Shown piece after piece: positions 58,860 through 64,000 of a DNA stretch of 64,000 bases. The stretch spans positions 98,642,001 to 98,706,000 of the forward strand of contig OZ024743.1 of the NCBI GenBank assembly GCA_964016885.1, given 5' to 3'. The notes below the pieces were generated by a model that was not told the origin of the DNA, did no database searches, and saw only the letters and a program-made list of their open reading frames with translations. Made by a program: the position numbers and the translations under genes. The stretch comes from Eledone cirrhosa (lineage: Eukaryota). Numbering within the stretch: the stretch's first letter is position 1; each line of letters starts with the position of its first letter.

Positions 58860-61800
58860 TCATCATCATCATCATCGTTTAACATCCATCTTCCACGCTA
58901 GCATGGGTTTGGACGGGAATTTTCTCACTTGAGGCAAGATTGGTTGTCTTGCTCGTATAGGACTGTCTGGCGGGTTTTCTACGGCTGGATGCCCTTCCTA
59001 ACAGCAACCACGTTTACAGTGGGGACTGGGAGGTTTTTACCGTGTTACCTACACGGCCACATTACAGCGTGGACTGTGTGTTTTTTTGTCGTGACACCTA
59101 CACGACCTCATTTATTTAGGACTGGATGTTGTGGTACCAACATAACTTTACATCGAAAGGGGTGGTGTGGATGGGGTGGGGGTAGTGGGACGGGGTGTAT
59201 TTTGGTTAAGAGGTGCCTACTGACTGTAGGTTTCGCTTTGTACTTAGGCAAGGCGGGTTTTCTGTATTACTGCGTAGCTCCAAAGATCTCAGTCCAGTGA
59301 CATTGTCTTGGAGAGGTGTAAGTGTGTGAGGTCGGAATTTATCAAGTCGTCCCAGGTTTTTCTGGGTCTGCCTACTCTGTGGCTACCGTCTATTTTGATC
59401 GCCCTGCACTTTTTTATACAGATGTCATCTTTCATCCGCATCACGTGACCATACCATCGTAGTCTTCTCTCGAGTAAACAGCATCTGATCCCTCTTATTC
59501 CTAATTTCTCCCTTAGTTCGTTTATGCTTTGCCGTTCACGTATATTACTATTACACATCCAGCGGAGCATGCAAGCTTCGTTCTTCTCCAGTCTGCATAG
59601 ATCCTCTGCACACAATGCCCAAGTCTCACTGCCATGTAACATTGCTGTTCGTATGCAGGCATCATACAGCCTGCCTTACATTTTTAGAGACAACCCTTTA
59701 GCGGCCAATAGTGGTATAAGCTCTCTGAACTTTTTCCATCCCGTTCTGACTCTAGCTTCTGTACTTTCAGAGCTGTCCACTATTTCTATAGAACCATCTG
59801 TTCAATGGAATGAGCTAGTATTCTGTGGGCACTTGCTGCTACTTAGTGCACCTGAGCACCGGCCACTTATAAAATCTATATTCTTAGTTAGCTTACCTGT
59901 GATCCCACTACATCTTTTATGCACCCATACTTTGCATTTGGGACATAAAATGGAGTTTCTGCCTACTCCTTTCCTACACACTGAGCATGGCCATTTCCCA
60001 GATGGGACCAGTGCCCTATTTTCCTTCCTACATACTAGAACTTTAGTCTTAGACAGGTTAATTTTAAGGCCTTTTGATTCTAGGCCATGCTTCCATGTTT
60101 GGAATTTCTTCTCTAGTTCAGCCATTGATTCAGCTATGAACGTTAGATCATCTGCATATAGGAGTTCCCATGGGCAGCCGGTCTTGAACTCCTCTGTTAT
60201 AACCTGAAGGGCAATAATAAATAGGAGGGGGCTAAGAACGGAGCCCTGATAAACACCAACTTTTACACTAAATTCTTCACTATATTCGTTGTTAATTCTA
60301 AGCTTGCTGACTGTTTCTTTATACATGGCTTGTATAGCTCTCACAAGCCATTCATCAACACTTAGTTTTCTGAGAGCCCACCAGATAATGGGGCGTGGGA
60401 CTCTGTCAAAGGCTTTCTCCAAGTCAACAAAAGCTAAGTATAGGGGTTTACTTTTAGCTAGATACTTCTCCTGTAGTTGTCGTACAATGAAAAGAGCGTC
60501 AGTGGTACTTTTACCTGACACAAACCCGAACTGCATTTCATCTAGATTAATTCGCTCTCTGATTAGTTGCGCTATTACTTTTTCTGTGACCTTCATTACC
60601 TGGTCAATTAATATAATACCTCTATAGTTTCCCTTATCTAGGGCAACTCCTTTACCCTTGTAGCAGTTAATGATGATGCTGCTACGCCAGACCTTTGGTA
60701 CGACCTCATTCTGTATGACTTGGTTTACTATCCGGGTGACCATAGTGTGTCCCACCATTCCAGATGCTTTCAGCATTTCAGCAACTATTTCCGAAGGCCC
60801 AGCCACCTTGCCTGTCTTCATATATTTGATTGCCTTACTTATTATACTACCTTCAACTTGCACTGCTGGTCCCTCTATTGGATCGATGTGGGGGAGACTG
60901 TCTTTCTCCCATTTATTCTCCTCATTTAGTAGCCTTTCGTAGTGACACTTCCAAGCTACCTTCTTATCAGCGTCAGTGATGGCATGTACACCATCATCAT
61001 TATGGACAAACTTCTCCCCGACAATATCACGGTTTTGCCTAGCAATCCTGAACACCTCATGTTTTTGGTCCTCACATTGTAGAACATGCTTGAACTTTCT
61101 TTCCTCTGCTTCCCTTCTTGTGAAGTACACTTGTCTCCTAGCTTCCCTCCTGGCCACTTGATAGTCTTCTCTACTTCCCCCATCCTGCCATGCTTTCCAA
61201 GCCTGCTTTTTGGCCTTGATTGACTCCTCCACCTTACTGTTCCACCATCATGTTACTCTCATCCTGCCTATAGGCCTGCTCCAGCCACAGATTTCATCTG
61301 TCGCCTTCAGCAGGTTAGTTTCAGTAATTCCCACTGTTCCTCTATATTGTACGACTCTAAATGCTCTTCCTTACTGTCGAAAGCATCAAGTAATATGCTT
61401 TTAAATTTATTACTGGTTGTGGGGTCCTTTAGCTTCCATATTTTTCTCCTGAGGATAGTCCTCCTCTGTTGTCGAGTACGTCTTTTCCTGATTATGAGGT
61501 CGCTGACTATGAGTATGTTGGGAGGTGCATTCTTCATGGGGGAGGGATTTAGTGTTTACAACAGACACTTTGTCACATCTTCTGGCAAGGATATAATCTA
61601 TCTGACTGGCGTGTTCCCCTGATCTATAGGTGATCAAGTGATTGTCTTGTTTTTTGAAGTTAGTGTTACAGATAGTTAGGTAATTTGCGTCACAGAATTC
61701 CAGGATTCTGGAGCCTTCCTCATTTCTAGTACCAAACCCATAGCCTCTATGGATTTCGTCATAGCCGTCACAATGTTGTCCAACGTGACCATTTAGGTCA

Positions 61801-62328
61801 CCAGCGATAATTATGTAGTCACTGTCAGTTATTTGGGAGGTAGTGAGCATTAACGACTCATAGAATCTGTCTTTTAAATGCCAGGCAGTCCAGATTGGGG
61901 TGCATACGCAGATATTATTGTCACAGTAGTTCTATTTAGGACAAGTCTTATTTTAATTATTCTGTCGTTCACTCTATTTACGTCTATTACCTGATCTACC
62001 CATTTTTCTGCTAGCATGATTCCTACTCCACCCAGCCCATTGTCATTTCCCACCCAGAAAAGCTTATAGCATCGTTTTTTACCCACAATGAATCTAGCAG
62101 ACCCACCCCTCCACCTGGTCTCTTGAATACAGCAAACATCAACCTCCTTACGTTCAAGCATTTCTACAACCTCGTTAGAGCGACCTTTTAAGGTGCCTAC
62201 ATTCATGGTACTAACTCTGAAGTTTTGGATTGCGTTTGGTGGGTGGGAATGGTGGGGCACAGGGAGGGGTGAGGGAGATGGGGTTAAGTTAGCCATCCGC
62301 GGCCGAAATAAAGAAGAGGAGTCCTTGC
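58860..62328 (-). mobile_element. RTE LINE family B, near full-length, frameshifted
   Basis: ORF pieces 62296-61874 (MNVGTL, CIQETRW), 61850-61410 (AGDLNGH), 61232-59802 (RT, LLYADDL, Cys cluster) and 59642-59289, followed by a 3'UTR and (GAT)n tail. Confidence 0.94.
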
Positions 62329-62347
62329 ATATATATATATAAATATG

Positions 62348-63623
62348 TAGGGTGAGTCATAAGTAACTAGGCAGTCAAACATTTATATTTCAAATGAAAA
62401 TATTTACTAAAATTCTGGTCATACAGTCGTCATCATCATCATCACCGTTTTACATCCGTTCTTTCACGCTAGCATGGGTTAGACGGTCAGTAGGAAATTA
62501 TAATTACATCAAACAAAAGTAGTTAAAAAAATATAATTAAAAGCTGACTCGATTCCTCAATATATTTTGAAGCTCTGTCTAGAACAGAATAACATACATG
62601 TTGACACATGTTCACATTGATTCCTGCACAAGAATTCACTATCCTTGCTTTAAGCTGCTGAACACTTCTTGGGTTTTCAGAATAGACTGAATTCTTCAGT
62701 ATACCTAAAAAAAAAAGTCAACAGGTGTCAGATCAGGAGAACAGGGAAGAGATTTGATAGGACCTTGGCATCTGATCCATCTGCATGGGAACTGTTCATG
62801 AAGCCAGTTGCATGCAAGAATGCTGTAATGAGGAGGTGCACCATCTTCCTGGAATCACATCTCATGAGAGCATGTGACCATTTCATAAAACTTGATAGTA
62901 AATCATTGTTGAGCATTGCTAAACAGTTGTTACCCATCACAGTTCCTGATCAGACCTGAAGTATAAATCCTGATTGACACCGATAGTGTTGACTTCCTTC
63001 TTGAGGATTAGATGTGGATTTTCACTTGCCCAGTAAATAGAATTATGTTAGTTGACTTGGCCATTCAATTTAAAAGTTGCCTCATTACACCAAATGATCT
63101 TTTCTGGGACAGTGACATCCTCCATACAGAGTTGCTGGAATACCTGACAAAACTCCATACGGCAGTCATAATCATCTTCATTCAACGAGTGGAGTGCAGA
63201 CGATACGGTCTTAGCATTGTGTAACATTTTTATAATTGATCTTTGTGAGATACCAATTTCTTGTGAAGCTCGTCTAGTTGACTTTCATGGACTACAAGCA
63301 AAAGTAACTTTAAAAATCTGCTTGTTTTCAAAGGTACAAACATACCTTGGTCTTCCTGTTCTTAGAAGATCTTCACATGCACCTGTTGATTCAAAGCACT
63401 GAATGAGACTGGATATTTTACAGACTGTTCAAAGTTTCTTGGAATTGACGACATGTCTCACTCTTATTGAACATTTGGTAAAAATCTTTTTACAATGAAA
63501 ACATGGAATAGAAAATGTACAAAGTATTACTGATCATACAAATAAGTGGATGTTGAAAATGTTATCTGTGGACCTTGCAATAAAAATGCACTCATGGCTC
63601 AGTTACTCATGACTCATCCCATG
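62348..63623 (-). mobile_element. Fossil Tc1/mariner transposon of the DD41D (rosa-type) group
   Basis: Degenerate terminal inverted repeats (TAGGGTGAGTCATAAGTAACT / AGTTACTCATGACTCATCCCATG-TA). Minus strand reads [28 protein letters not shown] and FQEDGAPPHY...SPDLTPVDFF, with 41 residues between the last two catalytic Asp. An RTE tail scrap sits at ~62425-62487. Confidence 0.85.
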
Positions 63624-63625
63624 TA

Positions 63626-63766
<141 letters not shown>

Positions 63767-64000
63767 ATATATAAGAAAAGTCAACAAAAAAATAACACAG
63801 GAGATGACATTAGTTTAATGCTTGATAAATATAGTAGGATAAGACCCTAAACATTTGAGATGCTAGTCCTTCATCAGAAAAAGAATGAGAGAAGAGAGAC
63901 TGTTTGGGAGAGAGAAGAAGAAATAGGAAGACAGACAAGAATAAGAAATGAAAGATAAGGAAAAGATAGGAGAGAAAGAACATATGGTTAATTAGCTATC

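Noticed and set aside
63845-63882. Minus-strand hammerhead (CTGATGAAGGA...TCTCAAATGTTTAGGG)
   Set aside because: GAAA is absent and stem I pairs poorly. At best it is an old remnant near the window edge.

Overview
Eukaryotic, AT-rich, repeat-saturated DNA. It is probably from a cephalopod such as an octopus, inferred only from the SINE/LINE content and microsatellite load. No host protein-coding gene can be supported. Bases 1-24.7 kb are a 41-bp satellite (about 600 monomers) with nested higher-order structure at 120 bp, ~1.0 kb, ~2.2-2.6 kb and ~7.0 kb, plus four copies of a template-switch micro-inversion. The rest is a nest of transposons, mostly sitting in (TA)n tracts: a decayed Neptune-type Penelope-like element (PLE) with an inverted pseudo-LTR, several short PLE pseudo-LTR remnants with hammerhead-ribozyme motifs (including non-canonical cores), two RTE LINE families and a partner SINE, a second tRNA-SINE family that has seeded minisatellites, a MITE, and DD41D Tc1/mariner and CRE-like fossils. 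The best candidate for an undescribed system is a young Tx1/L1-clade LINE with an intact ORF2. It is inserted with a perfect 20-bp target-site duplication (TSD) in the 5' terminus of a non-autonomous Helitron and is followed by an extra 353-bp Helitron 5' segment, which suggests a Helitron-targeting retrotransposon. All family assignments come from motif recognition by eye, not database searches.
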